Part shown: positions 1 to 8,856 of the stretch, piece after piece
Numbering within the stretch: position 1 is the first letter of the stretch
How the letters are laid out: each line of letters begins with the position of its first letter
Assembly: GCA_016926205.1 (NCBI GenBank)
Contig: JAFGPB010000099.1
Location: forward strand, 9,414 to 73,413
Source: Bacteroidales bacterium
Lineage (GTDB): Bacteria > Bacteroidota > Bacteroidia > Bacteroidales > UBA10428
Direction of reading: 5' to 3'
Length of the DNA stretch: 64,000 nt
Translations under genes and position numbers: made by a program
Notes under the pieces: generated by a model
The model's database searches: none
Told to the model about the DNA's origin: nothing
What the model saw: the letters and a program-made list of their open reading frames with translations, nothing else

Positions 1-618
1 TTTTTTGGCGACAATACCGATGATGCGGACCTGGAAAGGTTTGTCAGTCAGACAGGCGGCAGGCCGCCGGTTTTTCTTGACAATTCGATGCTGATGGCTA
101 CGCGCTGGGGCCTGTACGGAGGAGCATATCCCCATTATCCCGGCCGGCTGAGAGTTTTCAATATTTTTGAACCATTCGGAAATACCGGGATCAGGGAGAT
201 CTTTTCCGGACTGGATCGATCTCATATTTTTATCAATCACACGGCACTTTCGGAAATTGATATGATCAGACTGGCAACAGCTGCTGATTTTACATGGAAC
301 ATGGAACAGTACGATCCTGATTTCTCATTGTGGAAAGTACTGGTGATGCGTTATGGTGTTGATGTTGCAAGTGAACTTATAGCATTTGCATCCAATTATG
401 CAGAAATGCTTGAGATTTTGTTAAGACTGAAGATCAATGAACAGGTTGCCCGAAACCTGAAAAACGGAAAGGACAAACTGCAGGTGATGGACGTTCAGAT
501 GTCAACCCTGGAGGATATTCTTGGAAATGAACACAGATTGACCATGGAACTGAGGTCGCTGCATCAGATCCTGAAGGAGGAACTCATTTATTACCAGCGC
601 AGTCCTTCCACAGGGTAA
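1..618 (+). CDS. 3' part of a CDS cut by the window edge; tentatively the C-terminal region of a GH84-type beta-N-acetylglucosaminidase (O-GlcNAcase/NagJ-like)
   Basis: Frame 1 is open from nt 1 (FFGDNTDDADLERFVSQTGGRPPVFLDNS...) into tracked ORF 88..618. LATAADFTWNMEQYDPDFSLW resembles the ADY-WNP..YDP..SW stretch that closes GH84 catalytic domains, and a helical tail follows. By-eye similarity only. Confidence 0.45.
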   Translation, partial: FFGDNTDDADLERFVSQTGGRPPVFLDNSMLMATRWGLYGGAYPHYPGRLRVFNIFEPFGNTGIREIFSGLDRSHIFINHTALSEIDMIRLATAADFTWNMEQYDPDFSLWKVLVMRYGVDVASELIAFASNYAEMLEILLRLKINEQVARNLKNGKDKLQVMDVQMSTLEDILGNEHRLTMELRSLHQILKEELIYYQRSPSTG

Positions 619-658
619 CCTGCAAATAAACCATATCAACAATATTTACTCTTTGGTT

Positions 659-666
659 ATAAATTT
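659..666 (+). promoter_or_regulatory. Candidate Bacteroidota sigma-A -7 box (TAAATTTG)
   Basis: Exact match to TAnnTTTG, 88 nt upstream of ATG 754. The motif is short and expected by chance about once per 4 kb per strand. Confidence 0.35.
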
Positions 667-753
667 GTTGCCCTGTTTTTGCAGAATTATTGTTGATATC
701 CGGTAAGAATATATAAATTACTTTATTTATATTAGCCAATAACTCAATATGTG

Positions 754-2187
754 ATGTTTTCTGACTGGGATGATTATACGGGTGATGATGATGTGCTGGA
801 ACTTGTGAAGCGCTACCATGATATGCGAAGCAGCAACCGGATTGATTATTTCGATATCGATGAATTCGAAAGCATCATAGAGTATTATTTAAATGAATAC
901 AATTATCAGGAGGCGGTCACGGCAATCAATCTTGCCCTCAGGCAACATCCCTGTGCCCTGTCCGTCAGGTTGAAGAATATACAGGTGCTGATTGAAACAG
1001 GAAGGCCGTCCAGAGCGCTTGACATGATCAGAAAAGTTGAAAAAATTGAACCGTCAAATTACCAGGTTTACCTGTTTAAAGGCATTGCCCTCAATATCAC
1101 CGGAAAAAGCGATGAGGCGCTGAAAAGCTTTAATTGTGCAATTGACCTTTGCAACGATAACCAGGATGATCTGTTGTACTCCGTTGCCCAGTCGTTTTTG
1201 CAGACAGGCCAGTTTGTTACTGCGAACAGTTTCCTGTTGCGAGCACATGATGTGGACAGGACCAATGTCCTTGTGCTGTATGACCTGGCCGAGAATTTTG
1301 AAAGGCTTGATCAATTTGATGAAAGTCTTGAATTTTACCGGAAGTATCTGGATGTAGACCCGTTCGCTGAACAGGTATGGAACAACCTGGGACTTCTCTG
1401 CTGCAAAACGGGAAGATACATGCAGGCCGCGGAAGCTTTTGATTTTGCAACAGCCATAAATCCCAATCATTTCACAGCTTATATGAACAAAGCGGATATG
1501 CTGGTCGGCCAGAATGATCATACGGGCGCGATTGAAATATACCGGGAAATACTTGAAAAGGATGCTGAGAATACGCATGCATTGTGTTCACTTGGTGATT
1601 GCTATGAAGAAACAGGAAATTATTCGGAAGCTCTGAAAGCATACAATCATGCCATTGCCCTTTATCCGGATTTCAGTGATGCCTGGTTTGGGAAAGGGTT
1701 GGTTTTTCTGAAGATCAAAAGATACAGCCAGAGTATCTCATCAATAAAAAGAGCATTACTTTATGAACCGGAAAATCCTGACTGCTGGTTTATGCTTGGT
1801 GAGCTGTATTCCCGTATGAATAAAGACATACAGGCTGTTGAAGCTTATAAAGAGGCTGTAAAGATCAATCCGCTGGATCATGAAGCCTGGCTGGCATGTG
1901 CACAGGTTTTTTTCCGCAAAAGAAAGATCTGTGAGGCCATCAGTACACTGAGCGAATCGTTTGAATTCATAGGTGAAAATCCAACACTTCATTACCGTCT
2001 TGCTGCCTATCATGCGTATCAAAAGGATTTTAATACTGCCATAGTTCATTTTGAGCAGGGCCTCATGCTGAACTATAGTGAATATCAGGAAATGTTCCGG
2101 TTGTTTCCGAAGACCCGCGAATACGGTATTTTTTATGCGCTGATTGAGGAGCATCAGCATAAAGTCAAGCAAAAGATTAATCATTGA
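754..2187 (+). CDS. Tetratricopeptide-repeat protein
   Basis: Long ORF (track 751..2187 starts at GTG; ATG at 754). Repeated 34-aa TPR signatures are present (W..LG..Y...G.Y..A...Y..AL...P). Its stop abuts the next gene's ATG (TGAATG). Confidence 0.85.
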   Translation: MFSDWDDYTGDDDVLELVKRYHDMRSSNRIDYFDIDEFESIIEYYLNEYNYQEAVTAINLALRQHPCALSVRLKNIQVLIETGRPSRALDMIRKVEKIEPSNYQVYLFKGIALNITGKSDEALKSFNCAIDLCNDNQDDLLYSVAQSFLQTGQFVTANSFLLRAHDVDRTNVLVLYDLAENFERLDQFDESLEFYRKYLDVDPFAEQVWNNLGLLCCKTGRYMQAAEAFDFATAINPNHFTAYMNKADMLVGQNDHTGAIEIYREILEKDAENTHALCSLGDCYEETGNYSEALKAYNHAIALYPDFSDAWFGKGLVFLKIKRYSQSISSIKRALLYEPENPDCWFMLGELYSRMNKDIQAVEAYKEAVKINPLDHEAWLACAQVFFRKRKICEAISTLSESFEFIGENPTLHYRLAAYHAYQKDFNTAIVHFEQGLMLNYSEYQEMFRLFPKTREYGIFYALIEEHQHKVKQKINH

Positions 2188-3018
2188 ATGTATTCCGTCC
2201 AAAAAATGAAAATCAAGTTACCCTATCTACCTGAAAGACTGACAAAACCAAGAAATAACGGATTGACCATGGTCATGGACAAAGGATTGAGTCTCCGCCA
2301 GGCCGGGGATTTTATCGAAATGTGCGCCGGATTTACCGACCTCGTCAAATTTGGATTCGGAACTGCTGTGATCAGTGAGAAACTGGAGCAGAAGATCCGG
2401 TTGTACCACCAGGCAGGTATAAAGACTTATCTGGGAGGCACATTGTTTGAGGCTTTCGTGATCCGCAACAAATTCGAAGATTACGTGAAACTGCTCGGTG
2501 ATCTGGAGATCACGGTTGCTGAGGTTTCTGACGGGTCGATGTTCATGCAGCACAGCCAGAAACTCGAATACATCAAAAAACTATCAACCAGCTTCACCGT
2601 TCTTTCAGAGGTAGGTTCAAAACAAAAGGGTGTTGAGATCCCGGACCCTATCTGGGCCCGAATGATGGAGTCCGAACTTGAAGCAGGTTCCTGGAAAGTC
2701 ATTGCAGAAGCACGTGAAAGTGGTACAACAGGCATTTATCACAGTGACGGAACTGCGGATGTGGAACTGATCAGCATGATCAACAAAACGGTAGATACGA
2801 CTAATGTTTTGTGGGAAGCTCCTGCCGGAAAACAACAGGTCTGGTTTATCAAACAACTGGGATGCAATGTTAATCTGGGCAATATTGCAGCACAGGACGT
2901 CATACCCCTTGAATGCCTTCGCCTTGGTTTGCGCGGTGATACATTCTTCGATTTCCTTCCGTCCACCTTTGCCGGGTACAGGCCCGATTCGGAAAAATAC
3001 AAGCAACTGGATTCATGA
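2188..3018 (+). CDS. comA: (2R)-phospho-3-sulfolactate synthase (ComA family)
   Basis: LPERLTKPRNNGLTMVMDKGL...FTDLVKFGFGT...IKTYLGGTLFE...EVSDGS matches the ComA/YitD TIM-barrel family along its whole length. Confidence 0.8.
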   Translation: MYSVQKMKIKLPYLPERLTKPRNNGLTMVMDKGLSLRQAGDFIEMCAGFTDLVKFGFGTAVISEKLEQKIRLYHQAGIKTYLGGTLFEAFVIRNKFEDYVKLLGDLEITVAEVSDGSMFMQHSQKLEYIKKLSTSFTVLSEVGSKQKGVEIPDPIWARMMESELEAGSWKVIAEARESGTTGIYHSDGTADVELISMINKTVDTTNVLWEAPAGKQQVWFIKQLGCNVNLGNIAAQDVIPLECLRLGLRGDTFFDFLPSTFAGYRPDSEKYKQLDS

Positions 3019-3797
3019 ACAAATTCTCCGGATCAGCCGTCATGAAAGGTTATGGTTTGATCGGTTTTCCTCTTACCCATTCATTTTCAAAACAGTTTTT
3101 CATACAAAAATTCAACCGCGAATCCCTTTCGGATTGTTATTATGAGAATTTTCCGATTCAAAGCATTGACCGGCTTCACGACCTGATTGCGGGGAAACCT
3201 GAACTTTCCGGGTTCAACGTGACCATTCCCTATAAAGAAAAGATCCTTCCCCTTCTGGATGATCAGGATGATGAGTCAAGGGAAATAGGAGCCGTGAATA
3301 CGGTAAAAATATACAGGACTGAAAAGACTTACCGGATGAAAGGATTCAATACCGATGCATACGGATTTGAGGCTTCCATTTTGACTTTTCTGAGACCTTC
3401 ACACAGGCGTGCACTTATACTTGGAACCGGAGGAGCATCAAAAGCGGCTGCTTTCGTGCTTAAAAACCACAACTTCAGAATAACCTTCGTATCACGTCAT
3501 CCCAGTGAACAGAACCAGATCTCCTACAAAGATCTTTCAGCCGGCATCATTTCGGAGTTTCAGATCATTGTGAATGCAAGTCCTGCAGGCATGTTTCCTG
3601 ATACAGGCTCATTTCCGGACATACCTTACCATGCACTGAATTCCGGACATATTTTGTATGATCTGGTCTATAATCCGTCCGTTACCAAATTCATGGAAAA
3701 AGGAAAAGCGATGGGCGCAACGGTAATCAACGGGATGGATATGCTCCGGCTTCAGGCTGAAAGAGCATGGGAAATATGGAATGACCCTGAACTATGA
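3015..3797 (+). CDS. aroE: Shikimate 5-dehydrogenase
   Basis: YGLIGFPLTHSFS, NVTIPYKE, GAVNTV, GFNTDAYGF and LILGTGGASKAA (NADP glycine loop). The start overlaps the comA stop (ATGA). Confidence 0.9.
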   Translation: MNKFSGSAVMKGYGLIGFPLTHSFSKQFFIQKFNRESLSDCYYENFPIQSIDRLHDLIAGKPELSGFNVTIPYKEKILPLLDDQDDESREIGAVNTVKIYRTEKTYRMKGFNTDAYGFEASILTFLRPSHRRALILGTGGASKAAAFVLKNHNFRITFVSRHPSEQNQISYKDLSAGIISEFQIIVNASPAGMFPDTGSFPDIPYHALNSGHILYDLVYNPSVTKFMEKGKAMGATVINGMDMLRLQAERAWEIWNDPEL

Positions 3798-3806
3798 GTC
3801 CGGATA

Positions 3807-3888
3807 ATGGGATTTACATTACAATTACTGCCATTTCCCGCAGTTCAATGGGGTTTACATTGCAATTGCTGCCATTTCCCGCAATTCA
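3807..3888. repeat. Two-copy 41-bp tandem duplication (37/41 identical) covering the 3' end and stop codon of the DUF4154 gene
   Basis: 3807-3847 atgggatttacattacaattactgccatttcccgcagttca; 3848-3888 atggggtttacattgcaattgctgccatttcccgcaattca. On the minus strand, copy 2 encodes ELREMAAIAM* (the real C-terminus). Copy 1 encodes a ghost ELREMAVIVM*. Confidence 0.9.
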
Positions 3889-4364
3889 GAACTCAGACTG
3901 ATGCCATATTTGTAAGCATTTTCGGATTTGACCTCGAATTTCATCTTTTCACAAATGATCACAAAATTAATTGCTGATCCTGCCTCCAGAGCTCCGCTTC
4001 TTTCAGTCACCAGCAGCGTGCTTTTCCCGTCCAGGTGTTTTCTGATCTCGGGTATCATCCTGGTCATTGAAAAAGGTATGAACAGGATGTGACATTTTGA
4101 AATTTCTTCAGCAGAGTTGAATTGTACCACCCTGATGTTTTGGGATCCGACCTTCCTGCCCTCCATATAGGATTCAAGTTCACCCAGAATTTCCGAATCA
4201 CCGAAAACACCGATCACAAAGGGTCCGCTCCGGTAACTTTCAGGCCATTCGGTCAACAAAGTAAAATCATGTATAAAAAGCGTCTGTGCTTTGGGTATGG
4301 TATTTTGCAGGTAAGCGGTAGTGAAGATAAAAACTGCGCATAACGTAATAAAAAATCGTTTCAT
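3855..4364 (-). CDS. YfiR/DUF4154-family periplasmic protein
   Basis: Signal peptide MKRFFITLCAVFIFTTAYLQ, followed by the typical DUF4154 pattern (F..F..WP......F.I.V.G......L......K.......V........C.ILFI...). Confidence 0.7.
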   Translation of the reverse strand: MKRFFITLCAVFIFTTAYLQNTIPKAQTLFIHDFTLLTEWPESYRSGPFVIGVFGDSEILGELESYMEGRKVGSQNIRVVQFNSAEEISKCHILFIPFSMTRMIPEIRKHLDGKSTLLVTERSGALEAGSAINFVIICEKMKFEVKSENAYKYGISLSSELREMAAIAM

Positions 4365-4459
4365 ACAACCATACTTTGTTCAGTCCTCTCTTATACGTCA
4401 AAACTGTCAAAATGTTCCTGTGGATGACTTTAAAGTTCAACTGCCATATGAAACCCTGG

Positions 4460-5215
4460 TTACAGGTAAATATCATCAGGATATTTCACGTGAACCAGCG
4501 ACAATCCTTGTGCAGGTGCTGAAAACAACGCCTTGCTGCGATCCCTGCTTTCAATGATATGTGTGAAGTCCTCCCGGGTAATTTTACCGTTTCCCACACC
4601 AATCAGAGTGCCGACAATTGCCCTCACCATATTTCTCAGAAAACGGTCGGCCTCAATTATAAAAACAAGATTTCTGCCGGATTCTTTCCAGCATGCCTTC
4701 TCAATACGGCAAATATTTGTTTTTGCATTGCCGTGGAGCTTGCTGAAACTGGTGAAATCGTTATACAATATCAGTTTCCTGGCAGCATCGTTCATGGCTT
4801 GCACATCAAGGGGCTGTGCGTGGAACCATGAAAGGTCATTCTGAAAAGGATCCTTATGCTTCCGGATCACATATTCATAGGTCCTGGAAATTGCACTGTA
4901 ACGGGCATGGGCTTCCGGTTTGACGGTGCGTATGTCATTTAAAGCTATGTCCGGAGGCAAAACGCAGTTCATTTTATAAAGAAAGTCTGTTTCTTCCCTG
5001 AACAGTTCTTTTTCTGTATCGACATGAGCTATGAAAGACAAGGCATGCACTCCTGCGTCGGTTCTGCCCGACCCGACGACCCTGAGTCGCTCTCCACTGA
5101 TTTTATACAGGGAATCTTCAACAACTTCCTGTATGGTCAGGGCATTCATCTGTTTCTGCCATCCATGGTAGTGTGTGCCCCGGAAAGACAATCCGATGAA
5201 ATACCTTCTCCGCAT
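4460..5215 (-). CDS. truA: tRNA pseudouridine(38-40) synthase
   Basis: RYFIGLSFRGTHYHGWQKQ and the catalytic GRTDAGVHA. The ORF is open to 5254, but ATG 5215 (MRRRYF) fits the family N-terminus. Confidence 0.9.
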   Translation of the reverse strand: MRRRYFIGLSFRGTHYHGWQKQMNALTIQEVVEDSLYKISGERLRVVGSGRTDAGVHALSFIAHVDTEKELFREETDFLYKMNCVLPPDIALNDIRTVKPEAHARYSAISRTYEYVIRKHKDPFQNDLSWFHAQPLDVQAMNDAARKLILYNDFTSFSKLHGNAKTNICRIEKACWKESGRNLVFIIEADRFLRNMVRAIVGTLIGVGNGKITREDFTHIIESRDRSKALFSAPAQGLSLVHVKYPDDIYL

Positions 5216-5515
5216 AATATATGTTGTATTATATAAAGGTGCATAAAATTGCATAATTTTCGGGAAACCGGTTCAGGTTGTACTTTATTAATTATTCACA
5301 ATCATGTATTTAACAATTTTTAACAGAAAATTACCTTCTGATTATCAGTAATATAGTAAAACATACATGAAAGCAGGCTGACGACGTGGTATAAAAATTG
5401 TTACTTTCGCATTCAATCGTGGCAGCACTTTTGTAACAGGCATTCTGAACGGTTGTGTTGCTTCATAATCGCAAAATGAACGTATTGAAATTAACATGCA
5501 TCAATAATCGTTGTT

Positions 5516-6514
5516 ATGGCTGACTTATCGCAACAGATCAGGGAGCTGAATGAAAAAATACAGCAGGAAAGCATTTTTATTGAACGGATCACACAGGAGA
5601 TACGCAAGGTGATCATTGGACAGAAGCATTTGATTGACAGTCTTCTGATTGGACTTCTTTCCGACGGACACATCCTGCTCGAAGGTGTTCCGGGACTTGC
5701 AAAAACATTGGCGATCAATACACTGGCGCATTCTGTCAGTGCAGTTTTCAGTCGCATTCAGTTCACACCTGACCTGCTTCCGGCCGATCTGATCGGGACC
5801 ATGATATACAGCCAGAAAAAAGAAGAGTTTATCGTGCGAAAAGGACCTGTTTTTGCAAATTTTGTACTTGCTGATGAGGTCAACAGATCTCCCGCCAAGG
5901 TTCAGAGTGCATTGCTTGAGGCAATGCAGGAGAAACAGGTGACGATCGGCAGCAAGTCGTTTGATCTTCCGAATCCCTTCATGGTGCTTGCCACACAAAA
6001 TCCCATTGAACAGGAAGGTACGTATCCGCTTCCTGAAGCACAGGTTGACCGGTTTATGATGAAGGTGGTCATTACCTATCCCTCCATGGAAGAAGAAAAG
6101 CTCATCATACGTGAAAATACCGGCAAGGAGTTTCCGGCTGCAAACCCGATCCTCACGCTTGATGACATTATCAGATCCAGAGAGATTGTCAAGGAAGTAT
6201 ATATGGATGACAAAATTGAACAATACATTCTGGATATTGTTTTTGCAACCCGCCAACCCGACAAATACAACCTTCCGCAGTTCAACACAATGATCAGCTA
6301 CGGCGCCTCACCGAGGGCCAGCATCAATCTGGCAAAAGCTGCCAAGGCATTTGCGTTTATCAGGCACAGGGGCTATGTGATTCCTGAGGATGTTCGTGCA
6401 GTATGCCTTGACGTGCTAAGACACAGAATAGGGCTGACCTATGAAGCGGAAGCCGAAAACATCACAACGGAAGATCTCGTGATCGATATTTTGAACAATA
6501 TTGAAGTGCCTTAA
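5516..6514 (+). CDS. moxR: MoxR-family AAA+ ATPase (first gene of the Bat operon)
   Basis: Walker A LLEGVPGLAKT, Walker B VLADEVNRSPAKVQSALLEAMQE, and a C-terminal YGASPRASI lid. Confidence 0.95.
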   Translation: MADLSQQIRELNEKIQQESIFIERITQEIRKVIIGQKHLIDSLLIGLLSDGHILLEGVPGLAKTLAINTLAHSVSAVFSRIQFTPDLLPADLIGTMIYSQKKEEFIVRKGPVFANFVLADEVNRSPAKVQSALLEAMQEKQVTIGSKSFDLPNPFMVLATQNPIEQEGTYPLPEAQVDRFMMKVVITYPSMEEEKLIIRENTGKEFPAANPILTLDDIIRSREIVKEVYMDDKIEQYILDIVFATRQPDKYNLPQFNTMISYGASPRASINLAKAAKAFAFIRHRGYVIPEDVRAVCLDVLRHRIGLTYEAEAENITTEDLVIDILNNIEVP

Positions 6515-6933
6515 TGATGAAAGCTGGAAGCAGAACCATACTGACCCTGGTCTTTTTCATATTTGCCCTGCCGCTTCTGCAGGGACAAAATTATATCGGT
6601 ATGCATAAAGACGATATTGAGAATGTTTTAAGGAGGGATCACCCGCATTTCAGAGCCGATCTTTCAACGGTGAACAACACCTTTAAATATCTTAAGTTCG
6701 TTGACGATGTCAGTGAACAGACCATACTGTTTTTTCTTTCAGATGGTGATGTCTGTACTTATGTGCGCTGGATTTCTGATTATGCAAACCTGAATGACAT
6801 GATCGGAATGCTTGACGGAAACTATAAAAAGATTGGTGAAAAAAGATGGACTTACAGTCAGGATGGAAGACATTATGCGGTGAAACTTGAAGAGGAGGAC
6901 TGGTATTTTACAATCAGCATTCGTGAAGAGTAA
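6514..6933 (+). CDS. Small exported hypothetical protein inserted between moxR and the DUF58 gene
   Basis: The ATG overlaps the moxR stop (TAATG). Signal peptide SRTILTLVFFIFALPLLQGQ. No family recognised. Confidence 0.6.
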   Translation: MMKAGSRTILTLVFFIFALPLLQGQNYIGMHKDDIENVLRRDHPHFRADLSTVNNTFKYLKFVDDVSEQTILFFLSDGDVCTYVRWISDYANLNDMIGMLDGNYKKIGEKRWTYSQDGRHYAVKLEEEDWYFTISIREE

Positions 6934-6951
6934 CATTAAAGTTTTGTTGCA

Positions 6952-7818
6952 TTGGAAACCAACGAACTATTAAAAAAAGTACGCAAAATAGAGATCAAAA
7001 CCAAAGGTCTTTCCCGGCACATTTTTGCCGGTGAATACCATTCTGCATTTAAGGGAAGGGGAATGGCTTTCAGTGAAGTGCGTGAATACCAGTATGGTGA
7101 TGACATCAGGAACGTTGACTGGAATGTGACGGCACGTTTCAATCATCCTTATGTGAAGATATTTGAGGAGGAACGGGAGCTGACGGTCATGTTGCTGGTG
7201 GATGTGAGCAGTTCTTCAAAATTTGGTACCCGATATCGCTATAAAAACAGTCTGATTGCCGAAATGGCATCAGTCCTTTCATTTTCTGCGATCCAGAACA
7301 ACGATAAGGTAGGCATGATCATGTTTACCGACCGGATCGAAAAATTTATACCACCCAAGAAGGGAAGACAGCATATCCTCAGAATCATCCGTGAACTGAT
7401 CGGATATGAACCTGTCAGCAGCAGAACAGATATATCATTACCCCTTCGAACTCTCGTCAATGTGATAAAAAAACGCAGTATTGCATTTCTTATTTCCGAT
7501 TTCATTGATGAGGGCTTCGAAGAAGCACTGAAGATCGCGAACAGGAAACATGACCTCGTAAGTCTTTGGGTTTATGATCAGCGTGAGACCGAATTGCCGA
7601 ATGTGGGACTGCTTAAGCTTCGTGATGCTGAAACCGGCATGATCAGATGGGTTGATACATCGAATAATGAAGTCAGAGACGGTTATCGCATGAGATACAG
7701 AAAACGGCAGGTGGACATTCATGATCTTTTCAACCGGTATGGTGTCGATCATGTTTCAATTGCCACTCATGAGGATTATGTTCAGCCATTGATGAGGCTC
7801 TTCAAGAAAAGGGCATGA
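6952..7818 (+). CDS. DUF58 (vWA-like) protein of MoxR/Bat operons
   Basis: FKGRGMAFSEVREYQYGDDIRNVDWNVTAR is the DUF58 hallmark. Conserved sequence precedes the first in-frame ATG, so TTG 6952 is the only plausible start (in-frame TAA at 6937). Confidence 0.9.
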   Translation: METNELLKKVRKIEIKTKGLSRHIFAGEYHSAFKGRGMAFSEVREYQYGDDIRNVDWNVTARFNHPYVKIFEEERELTVMLLVDVSSSSKFGTRYRYKNSLIAEMASVLSFSAIQNNDKVGMIMFTDRIEKFIPPKKGRQHILRIIRELIGYEPVSSRTDISLPLRTLVNVIKKRSIAFLISDFIDEGFEEALKIANRKHDLVSLWVYDQRETELPNVGLLKLRDAETGMIRWVDTSNNEVRDGYRMRYRKRQVDIHDLFNRYGVDHVSIATHEDYVQPLMRLFKKRA

Positions 7819-7859
7819 TTTTAATGGGTTTATGATAACAGAATAAGTGCTCAGATCTT

Positions 7860-8855
7860 ATGAATGTGGTCGTGAAAAATATTGTGCTCATCCTGGTCGT
7901 ATGTTACCTGTACGGTGCGGTTTTTCCATACAGCCTGTCTGCTCAGGATATCTCAGTCAGCGCCAGCCTGGATACCAACAGGGCATTGATTGGTGATCAT
8001 CTTGACATGCAGCTGAATGTTTCAAAACCTGAGGATACAAAAATAAGTTTCCCTGAAATTACCGGTGAATTGACTGATAAGATTGAAGTGGTAAACAAAT
8101 CTGTGGTTGATACCCTAAGGATATCCGAAGGATATGAAATGCTTCAGCAGAAACTTGTGATTGCCGTATTCGACACGGGATTTTTTGAGATCCCCCCGCT
8201 GAGTTTTGTTGACCGCTCAGGAGAACTTCCTGACACGATCGAAACATTGCCGGTGGCTCTGGAAATCATCCCGCTTCCTCTGGAAACTGATATCAGGGAT
8301 ATCAAGGCGAACTATAATGCACCGGTAACAATTCTGGAACTTTTGCCTTATCTTATTGCGCTGCTGTTTTCCGTCGCGTTAATATTGTTTATAAGATATT
8401 ATTACAGAAAAAGGTATAAAAAAATGCCTGTTGCGCTTGCCTGCCAGATGCTTGATCCGCCGGATGTTGTTGCATTGAATGAGCTGGAAAAGCTAAGGTC
8501 AGATGCTCCGTGGCTGCACAACAGGATCAAATACTATTATATCAGGCTTTCGGAAATTTTACGGAATTACATTGAACGAAGATTTCAAATTGCAGCACCT
8601 GAAAAGACCACAGAGGAGATTCTTCATACCCTGAAAAACCTGGATGAAGATTCCCGGAACGTTCAATTGTTGTTGCAGATCCTGACGCTGGCGGATCTGG
8701 TGAAATTTGCAAAGGTTGTTCCGGACAGGGAGGAAAATGAAAACCAGATCGGACTGGCGGTCGAGTACATCCGAAAAACGACAGCGGGGACAGTGGAGAA
8801 ATTACCGGGAAACCGAAACATAAAACCGGCAATGCTTTTAGAAACACAAACCTGA
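7860..8855 (+). CDS. Bat-operon membrane protein (BatD-like N-terminal domain, one TM helix, DUF4381-like helical C-terminus)
   Basis: Signal peptide, TM helix LLPYLIALLFSVALILFI, and the C-terminal pattern YYYIRLSEILRNYIERRF.I.A.EKTTEE...L..ADLVKFAK. It occupies the position between DUF58 and batA. Confidence 0.75.
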   Translation: MNVVVKNIVLILVVCYLYGAVFPYSLSAQDISVSASLDTNRALIGDHLDMQLNVSKPEDTKISFPEITGELTDKIEVVNKSVVDTLRISEGYEMLQQKLVIAVFDTGFFEIPPLSFVDRSGELPDTIETLPVALEIIPLPLETDIRDIKANYNAPVTILELLPYLIALLFSVALILFIRYYYRKRYKKMPVALACQMLDPPDVVALNELEKLRSDAPWLHNRIKYYYIRLSEILRNYIERRFQIAAPEKTTEEILHTLKNLDEDSRNVQLLLQILTLADLVKFAKVVPDREENENQIGLAVEYIRKTTAGTVEKLPGNRNIKPAMLLETQT

Positions 8856-8856
8856 A

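Noticed and set aside
1054-1578. 174-aa antisense ORF (and several shorter ones) inside the first TPR gene; likewise 23653-24186 inside the 600-aa TPR gene
   Set aside because: The opposite-strand genes show regular TPR periodicity along their full length, and the antisense translations are featureless.
5525-6256. 243-aa ORF antisense to moxR
   Set aside because: It lies entirely opposite a gene with unambiguous AAA+ motifs. Its translation is low-complexity (F/L/K/C-rich) with no recognisable family. It looks like a typical shadow ORF.
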